Sequence record: MW822008.1
DNA: 64,000 nucleotides
DNA from: Escherichia phage BF17
Reading direction: 5' to 3' (one strand)
Positions 13,614-23,812 of this stretch are shown here, in pieces. A model generated the notes under the pieces. It was not told the DNA's origin. It searched no databases and saw nothing but the letters and a program-made list of their open reading frames with translations. The translations under genes and the position numbers were made by a program. The first letter of the stretch is position 1; the number at the start of each line of letters is the position of its first letter.

Positions 13614-14239
13614 TGAAAGACCGTTGTATTGTATTCGACTGTGATGAAGTACTACTAGATCACATTGGTTCATTAGGAGAATACGCAAAACTCCAATATG
13701 ATATCAACCCAACAACACCATACCCACTCGCATACGATTTATCCGAATGGTTTGGTGTTTCACGAGAAAAAGTTCAAGAGATCATTACTGAATTCAATCA
13801 ACGTTCGTATATGTTTGGATTACTAAAACCTGTAGAAACTAACACTGTAAGTATTATGCATGAACTGCGTGATCGTTTTTACAAGGAAAAATTCATAGTA
13901 CTGACTAAGTGTGGTAAGAAAGGTTATAGCGAGGTACTTCGCAATACTAATCTTATGCATGTATTTGGTGAGACATGTTTTGATGAAATCATCATTGTTG
14001 AAATGAATGAATCTAAGCATGAAGCACTAGTAGAATTAAAAGAACGATATGACGTAAAACTGATGATTGATGATTATATCAATAATATTGAAACATCAAT
14101 GGAATTGGGTATCCCATCAGTTATGATGCGAGCGTCCCACAATCATATGTATAAAAATGGTTATGGGTATGACTATGTTAACAACTGGGATGAACTACGT
14201 TTAAAAATCTATTCAGTACTGTCGAAATATTACCAATAA
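13613..14239 (+). CDS. HAD-superfamily hydrolase, possibly 5'(3')-deoxyribonucleotidase-like
   Basis: N-terminal HAD motif I FDCDEVLLD; start overlaps gp44 stop. Confidence 0.45.
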   Translation: MKDRCIVFDCDEVLLDHIGSLGEYAKLQYDINPTTPYPLAYDLSEWFGVSREKVQEIITEFNQRSYMFGLLKPVETNTVSIMHELRDRFYKEKFIVLTKCGKKGYSEVLRNTNLMHVFGETCFDEIIIVEMNESKHEALVELKERYDVKLMIDDYINNIETSMELGIPSVMMRASHNHMYKNGYGYDYVNNWDELRLKIYSVLSKYYQ

Positions 14240-14254
14240 TATAGTAAAAACAAT

Positions 14255-14287
14255 GGGGATTATTTAATCCCCTTTTATTGTTTTTTA
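14255..14287 (+). terminator. rho-independent terminator
   Basis: ggggattatttaatcccc hairpin then T-run. Confidence 0.65.
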
Positions 14288-14338
14288 AAAGTAGTAAATA
14301 GTATTATATGTGCTAGTTTTTTAAGGATAATATAAAAC

Positions 14339-14905
14339 ATGGATGATTTAGATTATACAGATAATGCAGTCCAGCAGTTGTATGATAACAGCGGTATGCT
14401 AGATATACTTCTGGCTGTTGAAAAATATTTTGATGATAATGATTTGTACGCATATCATGGTATCATCGAAGGTGAACTCGTTGAAGGTCCGATTGTTAGT
14501 AAGTACTGGTGTACTGTGACGTTCAAATACTATCGTGAGAATTTCCCTGATCCTACAGCATTCTCAATTCTTGAGAAGCACGGAACTAAGGTGTATGTGA
14601 AAGCAGATTATGAAATTACACCTATTCAAGAACCTAACCGCCAGGCTGATATGAAGAGTGTGGCTACGCAATCTGGTTCTGTTCGCATTCCAAAAAATGA
14701 ACGAATTCCAGTTCTATTGGTTCGTGTGCAAATTCCTAGAAACTTAATTAACCCTGAAAGTTTTGATGAATACAAACTAATGGCTTCAGAGTTCAATAGT
14801 AATCCTATGAATGCACAAGAACCATCAGATGATCCAATTACTGGTGAAGATGTTGATTTAGATGTAGAAGTATCTGATGATGTACAACAAGGTGGTATGC
14901 AATGA
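14339..14905 (+). CDS. hypothetical acidic protein
   Basis: ORF track. Confidence 0.5.
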   Translation: MDDLDYTDNAVQQLYDNSGMLDILLAVEKYFDDNDLYAYHGIIEGELVEGPIVSKYWCTVTFKYYRENFPDPTAFSILEKHGTKVYVKADYEITPIQEPNRQADMKSVATQSGSVRIPKNERIPVLLVRVQIPRNLINPESFDEYKLMASEFNSNPMNAQEPSDDPITGEDVDLDVEVSDDVQQGGMQ

Positions 14906-15582
14906 AAAAGAAACTAAATGAACAAGGTTTACGTCCACAAGTACTAAAGGATTTGATTCATCCTATTATTAGTGTAGATGAATATACTCCTAAGATTGAA
15001 GATAGTAATATCGTTGTTATGTTTCAAGTACTAAACAACTTTGATGCTGCATATGACCTGTCATCTTTTATTGAGAAGTCTCCAATTGATGCAGTTGATA
15101 CTGAAGCTTCTGAAACACCTAACCTGGATGGTCGTTATCAGGTATTCGTTGAAATGGAACGTGATGCGGAATTTCCAGAAAACCTACTTCGTCTTATCAA
15201 AACTATTGAAAACATTTGCCCAAATCCAGGCTGGAAGATTCAGCTTTATGGTGTAAATGATCCAATTGATGTTGATTTTGATGAAATTCAACAACGTATC
15301 GATTTGGGTATTCCTAAATCCATCAGTGAATTTTTAGACTTTGCTGGTGTATCTGTTGTTAAAGAAGGTCACATGCTTGCACTAAACACTGCATATGGTA
15401 AACTACATTACAGTACTGGTAGTGGCTTTGTGTCAGAAGCATACGTAAAACAGCTTCTATCGAACGATACGCAGGTAGATACATCTCGCTTAAGTTCAGT
15501 ACTAGGTGAAAGTTATAGCGTCCTACGTAGCGGTAATCAGTATGTAGTAGGTAAAGATGGGAAGTATTTGGTGTTACGATGA
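14902..15582 (+). CDS. hypothetical protein
   Basis: ORF track; ATGA overlap with upstream gene. Confidence 0.5.
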   Translation: MKKKLNEQGLRPQVLKDLIHPIISVDEYTPKIEDSNIVVMFQVLNNFDAAYDLSSFIEKSPIDAVDTEASETPNLDGRYQVFVEMERDAEFPENLLRLIKTIENICPNPGWKIQLYGVNDPIDVDFDEIQQRIDLGIPKSISEFLDFAGVSVVKEGHMLALNTAYGKLHYSTGSGFVSEAYVKQLLSNDTQVDTSRLSSVLGESYSVLRSGNQYVVGKDGKYLVLR

Positions 15583-16397
15583 GAATTTTAAACATGCTTA
15601 AATCTCTCCATGAGACTACCAAACTTCACCAAGACGACAAGTATCATCGTAGTACAACTAAAGATTTGGCATGTAGAATGTATATGAGACGATTCGAAAT
15701 TTCTCGAATCGGTAAAGGATGGGACGATATCAAACGTGAAGATATCGACCCTGATGCGGTATTCAAAGCATACATGGCACGAAAAGTTTTTATCAATGAG
15801 AAAACTTTTTATATTGACAGCGATAAAGAACTTGAAGTAAAATTTACGAAAGGCTTGTGGAAGATTTGGTGCTTAGAGACGTTCGGTGAAGTGTTACCAG
15901 AGCCACCAGTACCAGAAACTTACAAAGATCTAAAAGCTATATTTGACAATGAACATATACATACAAATTACTCACTATATGAAACTGTTTCCGAAGCGGT
16001 ATTTTATGGAGAGTTGAACGGTCATAACAAGTACTTTGATAGTATGGTGAGTTTTGATTTATTCTGTCATCTCCCTGGTATCTCTAGTTGGACATGTGAC
16101 CAGCATCGAGCTAGTAAGGTAGACAAGCGTAAGTTCTCTGCCCAACGCTTTATGCAAGCTGCTATGGGTATGTACAAATTGGATTATCTTGGGTGTCCAG
16201 AACCATATAAACATTTTTGGAAAGAACGTGCACAAAAGTGCATGAACTATTGTATAATTCGTTTAATGGATTCATACATTTTAAAATTCAGAAATGCAAC
16301 TGTGTATGATATGCCGGAACCACCAAAGAATGAAAAGTACCCACCAGTAAAAACATTTGTGTGGTACAAGGACAAGAGTAACAAAAGGATGCACTAA
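15579..16397 (+). CDS. hypothetical protein
   Basis: ORF track; ATGA overlap with upstream gene. Confidence 0.5.
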   Translation: MRILNMLKSLHETTKLHQDDKYHRSTTKDLACRMYMRRFEISRIGKGWDDIKREDIDPDAVFKAYMARKVFINEKTFYIDSDKELEVKFTKGLWKIWCLETFGEVLPEPPVPETYKDLKAIFDNEHIHTNYSLYETVSEAVFYGELNGHNKYFDSMVSFDLFCHLPGISSWTCDQHRASKVDKRKFSAQRFMQAAMGMYKLDYLGCPEPYKHFWKERAQKCMNYCIIRLMDSYILKFRNATVYDMPEPPKNEKYPPVKTFVWYKDKSNKRMH

Positions 16398-16414
16398 GGT
16401 GCGTCCTTTTTTTC
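16386..16414 (+). terminator. rho-independent terminator overlapping stop codon
   Basis: aggatgcactaaggtgcgtcct hairpin plus TTTTTTT. Confidence 0.6.
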
Positions 16415-16427
16415 TTTAAAAAATGGT

Positions 16428-16456
16428 TTGACAAATACATCGTGTGTATGTAGAAT
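16428..16456 (+). promoter_or_regulatory. sigma70-like early promoter
   Basis: ttgaca 16428-16433, 17-nt spacer, tagaat 16451-16456. Confidence 0.6.
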
Positions 16457-16496
16457 GTACGTATCGTATCAATTTTAATTAATTAAGAGGTTAGTA

Positions 16497-17624
16497 ATGA
16501 AAGGAAAATATTTTTTCATTGACAACGGCAAAGAAGTTGAAATCAAAGAATTTAACTTCAACTACGTTCTTAACTCACTGTTAAAACAGTATGATCGTTC
16601 ATCGAATCGAAAATATATGTATACAATTGTTGTGGACAGAACATACGATTCATTGGGAAATCCACATTTTGACACCCGTTCACTTTCACTCGACGAGATT
16701 TATTTTGATAATCGCCGTTTGAAGGTAATGGATTTGATGAAAGATAAAATTCATTTCTCAAATGTGAGAATCGTTCCAGATCTCCCAATTCCTCCGTTAG
16801 AGAAGGAGTACCGAGACTGGAAGGAAGGTAAACTTCGTCCAAACATGGCAGCAGTAGCTACTTCACCAGACGTTCCGGCTCCTATTGTTCTTAAGAAGAA
16901 ACCTATCGATCCTGAATGTGATATGGTTGCTGACATTGAACGTTGGATGGAATTCCCAGATACAATTAAAAAAGATTCGGTAAAAGTACTGGATTGGTAT
17001 GTTAACCTCCCAGTATGTGCACAAGAAGTTGGTATGAAGATTCAGAAGATCTCTGAGCGACAATTGGATTTGAACGCAGCACTACAACAACACAGTGATT
17101 ATATCCGTTTATTAATGGGTAACCTTACAACAGCACTGGAAAAGTTATTCCCGTTGAAGCCTACCTTTGCACAGAAGTTGTTTGGGAAAGCAGATATCAA
17201 AGTTCAACCATCTGATTTACCAAAAGTAATGAAAGCATTGAATGAGGCCGTGAAGTACGATACTAACAAGTTTAGTGGTATTACGTCTTTATTCACTGAA
17301 ATTCGTGATGAAGTTCGTGAAATCAAAAATGAACTTGAGTATGGTAAGATTGGGTGTGAATATGCAATTCGTCGTTTGGAAGATCCATTTGAATATGAAC
17401 TAACGCTTGAACGTATTATGAAAATGGGTATTTCAACAGCAATGACTGAAACTAGTATTGTTGGTGTTAGTAAGCAGTATCAGATTGATATGAGCCGAAT
17501 GATTGACATTCAAACTATCACTATCCCATTGATTATAGGTCGTTTACAAGCTCAAACTGGTAAAGCAGTCGATGAAGATACTGCCAATATCATTCGCAAC
17601 CTAGCGTATGGAAATAAAGAGTAA
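16497..17624 (+). CDS. hypothetical protein (375 aa)
   Basis: ORF track; RBS aagagg. Confidence 0.55.
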   Translation: MKGKYFFIDNGKEVEIKEFNFNYVLNSLLKQYDRSSNRKYMYTIVVDRTYDSLGNPHFDTRSLSLDEIYFDNRRLKVMDLMKDKIHFSNVRIVPDLPIPPLEKEYRDWKEGKLRPNMAAVATSPDVPAPIVLKKKPIDPECDMVADIERWMEFPDTIKKDSVKVLDWYVNLPVCAQEVGMKIQKISERQLDLNAALQQHSDYIRLLMGNLTTALEKLFPLKPTFAQKLFGKADIKVQPSDLPKVMKALNEAVKYDTNKFSGITSLFTEIRDEVREIKNELEYGKIGCEYAIRRLEDPFEYELTLERIMKMGISTAMTETSIVGVSKQYQIDMSRMIDIQTITIPLIIGRLQAQTGKAVDEDTANIIRNLAYGNKE

Positions 17625-17633
17625 AAAAAGTAG

Positions 17634-17662
17634 TTGACAGTACTGAGTGTTGCCTGTAGAAT
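17634..17662 (+). promoter_or_regulatory. sigma70-like early promoter with CAGTACTG palindrome
   Basis: ttgaca 17634-17639, tagaat 17657-17662; lies inside ORF-track start 17634, so real start is downstream. Confidence 0.6.
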
Positions 17663-17708
17663 GTTTATCACTGAGCAACACTATCTTAAATTAACTGAGG
17701 AATACACA

Positions 17709-18851
17709 ATGTCCGAGAAAGAAATCAATCCGAAAAAAGCAACAGTTAAACAAGCCAAAGCAACCAAAACTGCCAAACGTACTACCAAAACAGCAGCACA
17801 CACAATTGACGCAACTGATATCTTCGAACAACAGTCCAAGTCACTTCCAGTACTGAAAGATACTAAAGGCAACAGTATGGCGTTAACTGTGCAGAATATT
17901 AATACCATCGGGACCACTGCTGGGGCAGGTGTAGGACGTTTGGCTGATGAAATCATGTCAAAAGTTAACGTCACTGATGATAATACTGAATTCGGTAAGT
18001 CTATTACTACTATCTTGACATTGACACGTGCAGTTGATATTGATAGTCTACAGGATGATAAATCAATCGTAGGCTGGGTCAAAAAACTCTTTGTTAATGC
18101 TAAACAGAAAGTTGGCGATCAGTACAAAAACAGTAAAGAACAAATTGATGAAATCATGAACACTCTTCAGGTTGGTATTAACCGCCAGCATGGGGAATGT
18201 GCATGGCTAGACACTGCTTACAACGAAAACAAAAACTATCTCTTTGAACTGCGTGATACGTTAGTTGAGTTGGAAGAAGTTACCAAAGCACAAGATGCTG
18301 AATTGGTAGCAATGCAAGCGAACCCTGACGTTGATTCTTTTGCAATCCAGGAGCAAAAGATGATTTGTGAAGCTCTTTCTAAACAGGAAGATAAGATTCG
18401 TCGTCTTATCATGATGTGTGAACTGAGCGGTCCTCGCCTGATGAGTATGAAGAAAGTAAACCTCAACACTGTTTCTAAGTTTGAGGATTTGAAATCAGTT
18501 GTTATTCCAGCATGGAAATCACAATTGGCTGAACAGTTGATTTCCGAACGTCAACGTAAAGACAATGAGTTGGGTAATCTGATTGACAATGAAACTAACC
18601 GTTTACTCGAAGTAAACTCTAAAATGGTAGCAACTAACATGTTGGATGCTGCTAAGGCAAATAATCGTGGTATCGTGGATATTAAAACATTGCGTAATGT
18701 ACACAAAACAATGATTGATAGCATCGAAGCAGTACTGATTGAAGAGAAGAAAGGTAAAGAAGAGCGTGAGCGAGCAAAGATTGAAATCGCAAAACTCTCT
18801 CATGAACTTGAAGATACTCTTCGTGAAATTGCTGAAAAAGCTAACAAGTAA
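17709..18851 (+). CDS. hypothetical coiled-coil protein
   Basis: ATG 17709 with RBS gagg downstream of the promoter; ORF-track start 17634 rejected. Confidence 0.55.
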   Translation: MSEKEINPKKATVKQAKATKTAKRTTKTAAHTIDATDIFEQQSKSLPVLKDTKGNSMALTVQNINTIGTTAGAGVGRLADEIMSKVNVTDDNTEFGKSITTILTLTRAVDIDSLQDDKSIVGWVKKLFVNAKQKVGDQYKNSKEQIDEIMNTLQVGINRQHGECAWLDTAYNENKNYLFELRDTLVELEEVTKAQDAELVAMQANPDVDSFAIQEQKMICEALSKQEDKIRRLIMMCELSGPRLMSMKKVNLNTVSKFEDLKSVVIPAWKSQLAEQLISERQRKDNELGNLIDNETNRLLEVNSKMVATNMLDAAKANNRGIVDIKTLRNVHKTMIDSIEAVLIEEKKGKEERERAKIEIAKLSHELEDTLREIAEKANK

Positions 18852-18854
18852 TAG

Positions 18855-18905
18855 TTGACACAAGAGTGCGTTTTCAATATAATGTTCTTATTGAAACGCA
18901 CTCTT
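18855..18905 (+). promoter_or_regulatory. promoter embedded in stem-loop (PeSL-like: promoter and terminator hairpin combined)
   Basis: ttgaca 18855-18860 and tataat 18878-18883 inside inverted repeat agagtgcgttttcaa...ttgaaacgcactct followed by T-run. Confidence 0.55.
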
Positions 18906-18932
18906 TTTTAATATACGGATAAGGAACGAAAT

Positions 18933-19622
18933 ATGAAACGTCGTCATGTTAGTGTTGATATTGAAGCTCTTGGAACTCCTGAAAACTCTGGTTATGATAT
19001 TATTATTCCAAATTATGCAGCAGTAGTTGTTCCAAGTAAACCTGAACATGATATCAGACAATTTGTATATGTTAAGTTACCATACCAAGCACAAGTCAAC
19101 GCTGGGCTGAAATCAGATGCAGGTGCAATGGATTTCTGGATGAATACATGTCAGAAGGAATATCCTAATGCATATGCTGAAGTTGCCAGTACTATGGCAC
19201 TAGTTGCACCAGAATTGTACGGTCCTAATGGTAAATCCAAACAAATCTTTACTTCTAATGGTATTGTCGATTTCTGGAAAGATATCCGTTTTGATTGTTA
19301 TGGTAAAGAGGTTGAACATTCAATTTGGGGAAATGGCTGCAACTTCGACTGTAGTATTTTACAAGCTAATCACTTAAAACTATTGAATGTTGGTGATTTG
19401 TGGAAATATGATGCTCCTGAAAACGCACGAACCCTGAAGCGTTTATTGAATGAAGAAGCTCGCACCGAAATGGATGAGATTGTGTCAGTGCAGTTAGCTA
19501 AATTCGTGAAGTATGTAGAAAAATGTGGTATTAATGGTTTGGAATTACATCACCCTCTGTATGATGCAGCACGTGAAGCTATCCAAATCTCCTATTGTCT
19601 CAATAAACTTAAACTGGACTAA
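18933..19622 (+). CDS. dexA: DnaQ-like 3'-5' exonuclease (T4 DexA-like)
   Basis: Exo motifs VSVDIEALGT, WGNGCNFDCSIL, HHPLYDAAR; size about 229 aa. Confidence 0.5.
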   Translation: MKRRHVSVDIEALGTPENSGYDIIIPNYAAVVVPSKPEHDIRQFVYVKLPYQAQVNAGLKSDAGAMDFWMNTCQKEYPNAYAEVASTMALVAPELYGPNGKSKQIFTSNGIVDFWKDIRFDCYGKEVEHSIWGNGCNFDCSILQANHLKLLNVGDLWKYDAPENARTLKRLLNEEARTEMDEIVSVQLAKFVKYVEKCGINGLELHHPLYDAAREAIQISYCLNKLKLD

Positions 19623-19625
19623 TAC

Positions 19626-20720
19626 ATGAATTTTATTATTCTGTTGATTCCTTCACTTATCGTTGTATTTGTTATGAAATACATGTATGATAAGCATATC
19701 AGTACTAAAGAACTGTTGATTCATATTGGTTGTTGTATAGTTGGTGCTGCTCTTGTGCTTGGTATCTCATATGCAATCAACTACAGCCAATTGTACGATG
19801 TAGAGATTCTAAATGGGCAGGTAACATCCAAATATAATCACAAGGAGTTTTGTACACAATCAAGCTCATGTAAGCATTACACGTGGCACGAGAAATGCAG
19901 AACTCGTTATGATAGTAAGGGGAAATCCCATCGTGAATGTGAGTCCTATAAGGTATTTGATTATTCATACGAAGTTGACTGGTATGTAAAAAGTACTGTA
20001 GGGAAGTTTGAGATTGAGCGAGTAAACCGTCAGGGTACAATGACCCCTCCACGCTGGCAACAGGTTAACATTGGGGATTATGCTGCCGCAGAAAGTTCTT
20101 ATATTAACTATCTGTTCGCTGATAAAAACTCATTGTTCAGTCCTGATGAATTACATGAAATGTATGATGAGAAATATCTTAGTACTTTACCAGAATACCC
20201 AAGTGTGGTAGACTATTATAAAACACACCATGTAATCAACACTACTAATTATAATGTAGATGGTTATGATGAGTATCTGCGTGAAGAACTAAAAACTATG
20301 GGTGCACGTAAACAAGTCAACATCCAAGTTTTGGTTTATGATTATAAAAACGTAGATTTTGTTGAGGCAACACTCGCTTCGTGGCGTGGTGGTAAGAAGA
20401 ATGATGTTATTATGTTCTTTGGAATTGATAATGATGGGAAGATTGTTAAATTTGATAGCACTTCCTTTGCACAAGGCATGAAGAACGAAGAACTACATGC
20501 TAAGATGCGAATGGATGCATTAAATGAAAAATTAACTCTTGACTTGTTGAGCAAAGAAGTGCATAATATTGACACAAAGTTTGAAAGACTCTCTAATAAA
20601 GAGTTCGAGTACTTGTCTGTAAAAATGGAACCACGTAAAGATGTTCTCATCGGTGCTTCTATTTTGTTACTGATTGTATCTATTTTCATTGGCCTTTATA
20701 TGAGGGATAACGAGTTATGA
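19626..20720 (+). CDS. membrane protein, N- and C-terminal TM helices
   Basis: Hydrophobic stretches at both termini. Confidence 0.5.
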   Translation: MNFIILLIPSLIVVFVMKYMYDKHISTKELLIHIGCCIVGAALVLGISYAINYSQLYDVEILNGQVTSKYNHKEFCTQSSSCKHYTWHEKCRTRYDSKGKSHRECESYKVFDYSYEVDWYVKSTVGKFEIERVNRQGTMTPPRWQQVNIGDYAAAESSYINYLFADKNSLFSPDELHEMYDEKYLSTLPEYPSVVDYYKTHHVINTTNYNVDGYDEYLREELKTMGARKQVNIQVLVYDYKNVDFVEATLASWRGGKKNDVIMFFGIDNDGKIVKFDSTSFAQGMKNEELHAKMRMDALNEKLTLDLLSKEVHNIDTKFERLSNKEFEYLSVKMEPRKDVLIGASILLLIVSIFIGLYMRDNEL

Positions 20721-21271
20721 ATGGTAAAATTATTGCATTGATTGGTGTTGTTGTTGTATTCGGTCTTATGGCAATTGGTTCAGTTAGTATGTATGTAGAT
20801 GCACACGACCGTGCTGTTGAATTTGAAGGTAATATTAAAAAGTACTATGATGCATCAGAAAGTCAACTAAGTAAATACACTCTTGTCATTCAAGAAAAAG
20901 TACAAGTTTCTGATAAGTATAAGGATGCATTGAAAGAAACCATCGAAACATACTTTAAAGGTCGTGAAGGTGTTGACCAGAAGTTTGTGATGTCACAGAT
21001 TCAACAACAGGTTCCTAATCTCGATCCTAAGATTTATCAAGAACTTATGGTAACTATCGAGTCAGGACGTACACAGTTCAACAATCTTCAGAAAATGAAA
21101 ATTGACCAGTGTACTGATTATGCTAAGTTCCGTAAAGGTTTCTGGAACTCCAAAATTCTTGATACTAACACATTCCCAAGTGAAAATATTGAACATTTAT
21201 GTACAGTAGTTTCTGATACACGCACTAAGAAAGCAATGGATACTGGTATCCAAGAAGTAATTAAACTATAA
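20717..21271 (+). CDS. membrane-anchored hypothetical protein
   Basis: N-terminal TM IIALIGVVVVFGLMAIGSV; ATGA overlap. Confidence 0.5.
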   Translation: MNGKIIALIGVVVVFGLMAIGSVSMYVDAHDRAVEFEGNIKKYYDASESQLSKYTLVIQEKVQVSDKYKDALKETIETYFKGREGVDQKFVMSQIQQQVPNLDPKIYQELMVTIESGRTQFNNLQKMKIDQCTDYAKFRKGFWNSKILDTNTFPSENIEHLCTVVSDTRTKKAMDTGIQEVIKL

Positions 21272-21280
21272 TCTAAATCT

Positions 21281-21305
21281 GGGAGTACATTGTACTCCCA
21301 TTTTC
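21281..21305 (+). terminator. rho-independent terminator
   Basis: gggagtacattgtactccc hairpin plus TTTT. Confidence 0.7.
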
Positions 21306-21318
21306 TATAGGATTTATT

Positions 21319-21906
21319 ATGTTTTTAAAAAATACTTATGAATTAATTAAAATGCTTCAAAATATGAATTTCGGTGGTCTATTCCCGTATCACTCTGAGG
21401 ATAAAACTCATCGTTTAGTTTTGAAATTGGATGAAACTGGGCGTATTGCATCACTAAGAACGGCTGTTCCAAATATGGATCAAGTAATTATGCCAACAAC
21501 TCCGAATTCAGGAACTGCTGTTAATACACCACAAACATATAACTCAAACTACCAACACCCACAGATGTATACGATTAGTACTCCATCTATTACAAGAGTT
21601 GCTTGTATTGTTACTATAAAAGTATCAAAAGACTATCGTGATTTAATATCAGTTGAATGGTCGGAACTAACATCAGCATTTGCAAACAATGGGCTTGTTG
21701 TAACAAATGCTGGTATAGCAGTCAATGCAAAAGAAGGACAACAGATAATGAGTGCGTTGTATCTTAGCAATGGTTATGTTATCATTAATGGGAAGTTGTA
21801 TTGTAACACCGAACCAGAAGCACTCACTGAAGATTTGATTAGTGAAAAAGAATATAGTCTTCTTGAAATTATGAATTTAAAAAAGGTATATGAAAACTGT
21901 GATTAG
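21319..21906 (+). CDS. hypothetical protein
   Basis: ORF track. Confidence 0.5.
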   Translation: MFLKNTYELIKMLQNMNFGGLFPYHSEDKTHRLVLKLDETGRIASLRTAVPNMDQVIMPTTPNSGTAVNTPQTYNSNYQHPQMYTISTPSITRVACIVTIKVSKDYRDLISVEWSELTSAFANNGLVVTNAGIAVNAKEGQQIMSALYLSNGYVIINGKLYCNTEPEALTEDLISEKEYSLLEIMNLKKVYENCD

Positions 21907-22474
21907 ATTTGATCAAGACGATTTGCCATTTATCCAAGAACTAGAAGAACTAGTTACGGTAACGATGCAAGAAATTAGTTCATGGGATATAACAGTTTTT
22001 AGGAACGTATATGATAAAATCACAAACTTTAAAACTGTTAATATTGAGGTAAAACACAATAACTTTTACTTAACAAAAGAATTCATTCTAAAAAGACCAG
22101 GAACGATCCAACCGAAACGTAATTTGTCTTTTGCTCAAGTTCTCGGTGCTAAGACAAGGAATGATGATGATTTGAATGAATCAATATATTCGTATATTAA
22201 AGAGCGTTCTCCTGATGTTAAGAAGAGATATTACCTTTGTGTTACATTTGATGAACAAGGAAAACTAAATGCGTATTCTATAAATTCATCAGCACACGTC
22301 CCATTACATTCAACGTCAATTGGTGATAAACAATTACTAATCGATTCATCAACATGGCATAATAGGGAAAATTTTGCCACTGAAACTTTTCAGTACTCGG
22401 TATCTGAACCAAAGTCTCCATTTGATTTTGTGTTTGTTAATAACATCCTTTTACGTTTTGGGGTAGGAGTCTAA
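21890..22474 (+). CDS. hypothetical protein
   Basis: ORF track. Confidence 0.45.
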   Translation: MKTVIRFDQDDLPFIQELEELVTVTMQEISSWDITVFRNVYDKITNFKTVNIEVKHNNFYLTKEFILKRPGTIQPKRNLSFAQVLGAKTRNDDDLNESIYSYIKERSPDVKKRYYLCVTFDEQGKLNAYSINSSAHVPLHSTSIGDKQLLIDSSTWHNRENFATETFQYSVSEPKSPFDFVFVNNILLRFGVGV

Positions 22475-22476
22475 AT

Positions 22477-22830
22477 ATGCTAATTTATTTGAGTGTTCTT
22501 GTTATTTCATTACTGGTATCATTAGCAGTACTGAAAGTTGTTGCTATCGGTCGTAGTAAAATTGATAGTACTGAAACCAGTTCTGTGTTGGACCTAATTA
22601 TGGATCATCCAAAGATCTGTACTGGGATTGTTGTGTTTGTTCTTCTTATAGGAACATTCATTGTACGTACACATTTATACAATATGTATGACTGTAGTGT
22701 TCGTTCAATTTCTCAGGGTGTTGAAACCGACTATAGCTGGTACTATGAGAAATGTCGCTTCAAAAACCAGCATGGTATTTGGGTTGATTTTGATAAACTG
22801 CGTGGCACACCATCTGGTGAAGAAGAGTAA
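22477..22830 (+). CDS. small membrane protein
   Basis: Two hydrophobic helices. Confidence 0.5.
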   Translation: MLIYLSVLVISLLVSLAVLKVVAIGRSKIDSTETSSVLDLIMDHPKICTGIVVFVLLIGTFIVRTHLYNMYDCSVRSISQGVETDYSWYYEKCRFKNQHGIWVDFDKLRGTPSGEEE

Positions 22831-22832
22831 TT

Positions 22833-23324
22833 ATGTTTGAATTTCCTGAAGAGTCATTTAACTATATTGACCCTACTGATGATGGATACAGACATATTAA
22901 TATCTATAGTAAAGCTAAGACTAAGTTAGGTAGGGATCTATCTAACTTTTCTTCACATAGTTTTACCTTAGAACCATATGGTTGGTTCCCATCGGTAGAA
23001 ACTTTTTATTTTTGGTTTTTAACAGGCCAGAAACATGATGATCTTAGAAAAGTGTCGGGTGCTGCTGCAAAAGCAGCGGCGAACAAGTATATGCACGACC
23101 GTATTGAAATGACACCCGAATGCATTTCTTGTATACAGGATGCAATATGTGCTAAGATATTTCAAAACCCAGAACTTGCTGAACGATTGAGGAAAAGTAA
23201 GTTACCCTTCTATCATTACTATGTTTATGGTGGGAAGGTGGTTGATGTATCTGATGAACATGACTGGTTTGTTAAAACATTCGAAGATATAAGAATTGTT
23301 TTGAAGGAGAACCACAATGAGTAA
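22833..23324 (+). CDS. NADAR (DUF1768)-like protein, candidate ADP-ribose processing enzyme
   Basis: LSNFSSHSF, FPSVETFY, KIFQNPELAERLRKS resemble the YbiA/NADAR family. Confidence 0.4.
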   Translation: MFEFPEESFNYIDPTDDGYRHINIYSKAKTKLGRDLSNFSSHSFTLEPYGWFPSVETFYFWFLTGQKHDDLRKVSGAAAKAAANKYMHDRIEMTPECISCIQDAICAKIFQNPELAERLRKSKLPFYHYYVYGGKVVDVSDEHDWFVKTFEDIRIVLKENHNE

Positions 23325-23595
23325 ATGTTGGGTATGTTGTAAGCAATTCGATGAAGATTATATTATTTCTTTGGATGTATTACCACAACAATACATGATA
23401 TCTTCAGGGAAATATAAACTAGATACAGTTCCAACACCTAAGTATATGGGGATTTGTCCATTGTGTAATGGGAATGGTGTATCGAATGAAGTTGTTGCAT
23501 TCACAAATACACAAACTACTGATTGTGTCGCCGAATATATAAGAAAGAATCTGGCTTTTTTCACTAGGAGATTATATGAACGAGAGAATCTTTAA
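23317..23595 (+). CDS. zinc-ribbon small protein
   Basis: CWVCC ... CPLCNG cysteine pairs. Confidence 0.45.
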   Translation: MSKCWVCCKQFDEDYIISLDVLPQQYMISSGKYKLDTVPTPKYMGICPLCNGNGVSNEVVAFTNTQTTDCVAEYIRKNLAFFTRRLYERENL

Positions 23596-23812
23596 TTCAT
23601 ATGATATGGAAGATTTACTAATACCATCTGATAACAGTACTGTTAAAATGCAAATGTATTGGTTAGTAAAAGATGGCAAGGTATTCCAGCACAAAGTTAC
23701 AAAAGTATGGCAATGTAATAAAAACAAATCTATAGTTGATGCACTCGCAACTGCATTTCCTGGGGTAGAGGTTGTATTTTTACCATTTGCCTACATTAAG
23801 GAAATAAAATGA
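23576..23812 (+). CDS. hypothetical small protein
   Basis: ORF track. Confidence 0.45.
   Translation: MNERIFNSYDMEDLLIPSDNSTVKMQMYWLVKDGKVFQHKVTKVWQCNKNKSIVDALATAFPGVEVVFLPFAYIKEIK

Noticed and set aside
14902-15582. ORF downstream of the clamp loader as the sliding clamp (gp45)
   Set aside because: Right size (226 aa) and plausible position, but I could find no sequence resemblance to gp45 by eye; left as hypothetical.
17709-18851. TelA/KlaA-like toxic anion resistance protein
   Set aside because: Based only on size and coiled-coil character; no specific motif recognised.
20717-21271. LemA-family assignment for the membrane-anchored protein
   Set aside because: Only the N-terminal TM plus a vague helical pattern; the characteristic LemA conserved block was not found.
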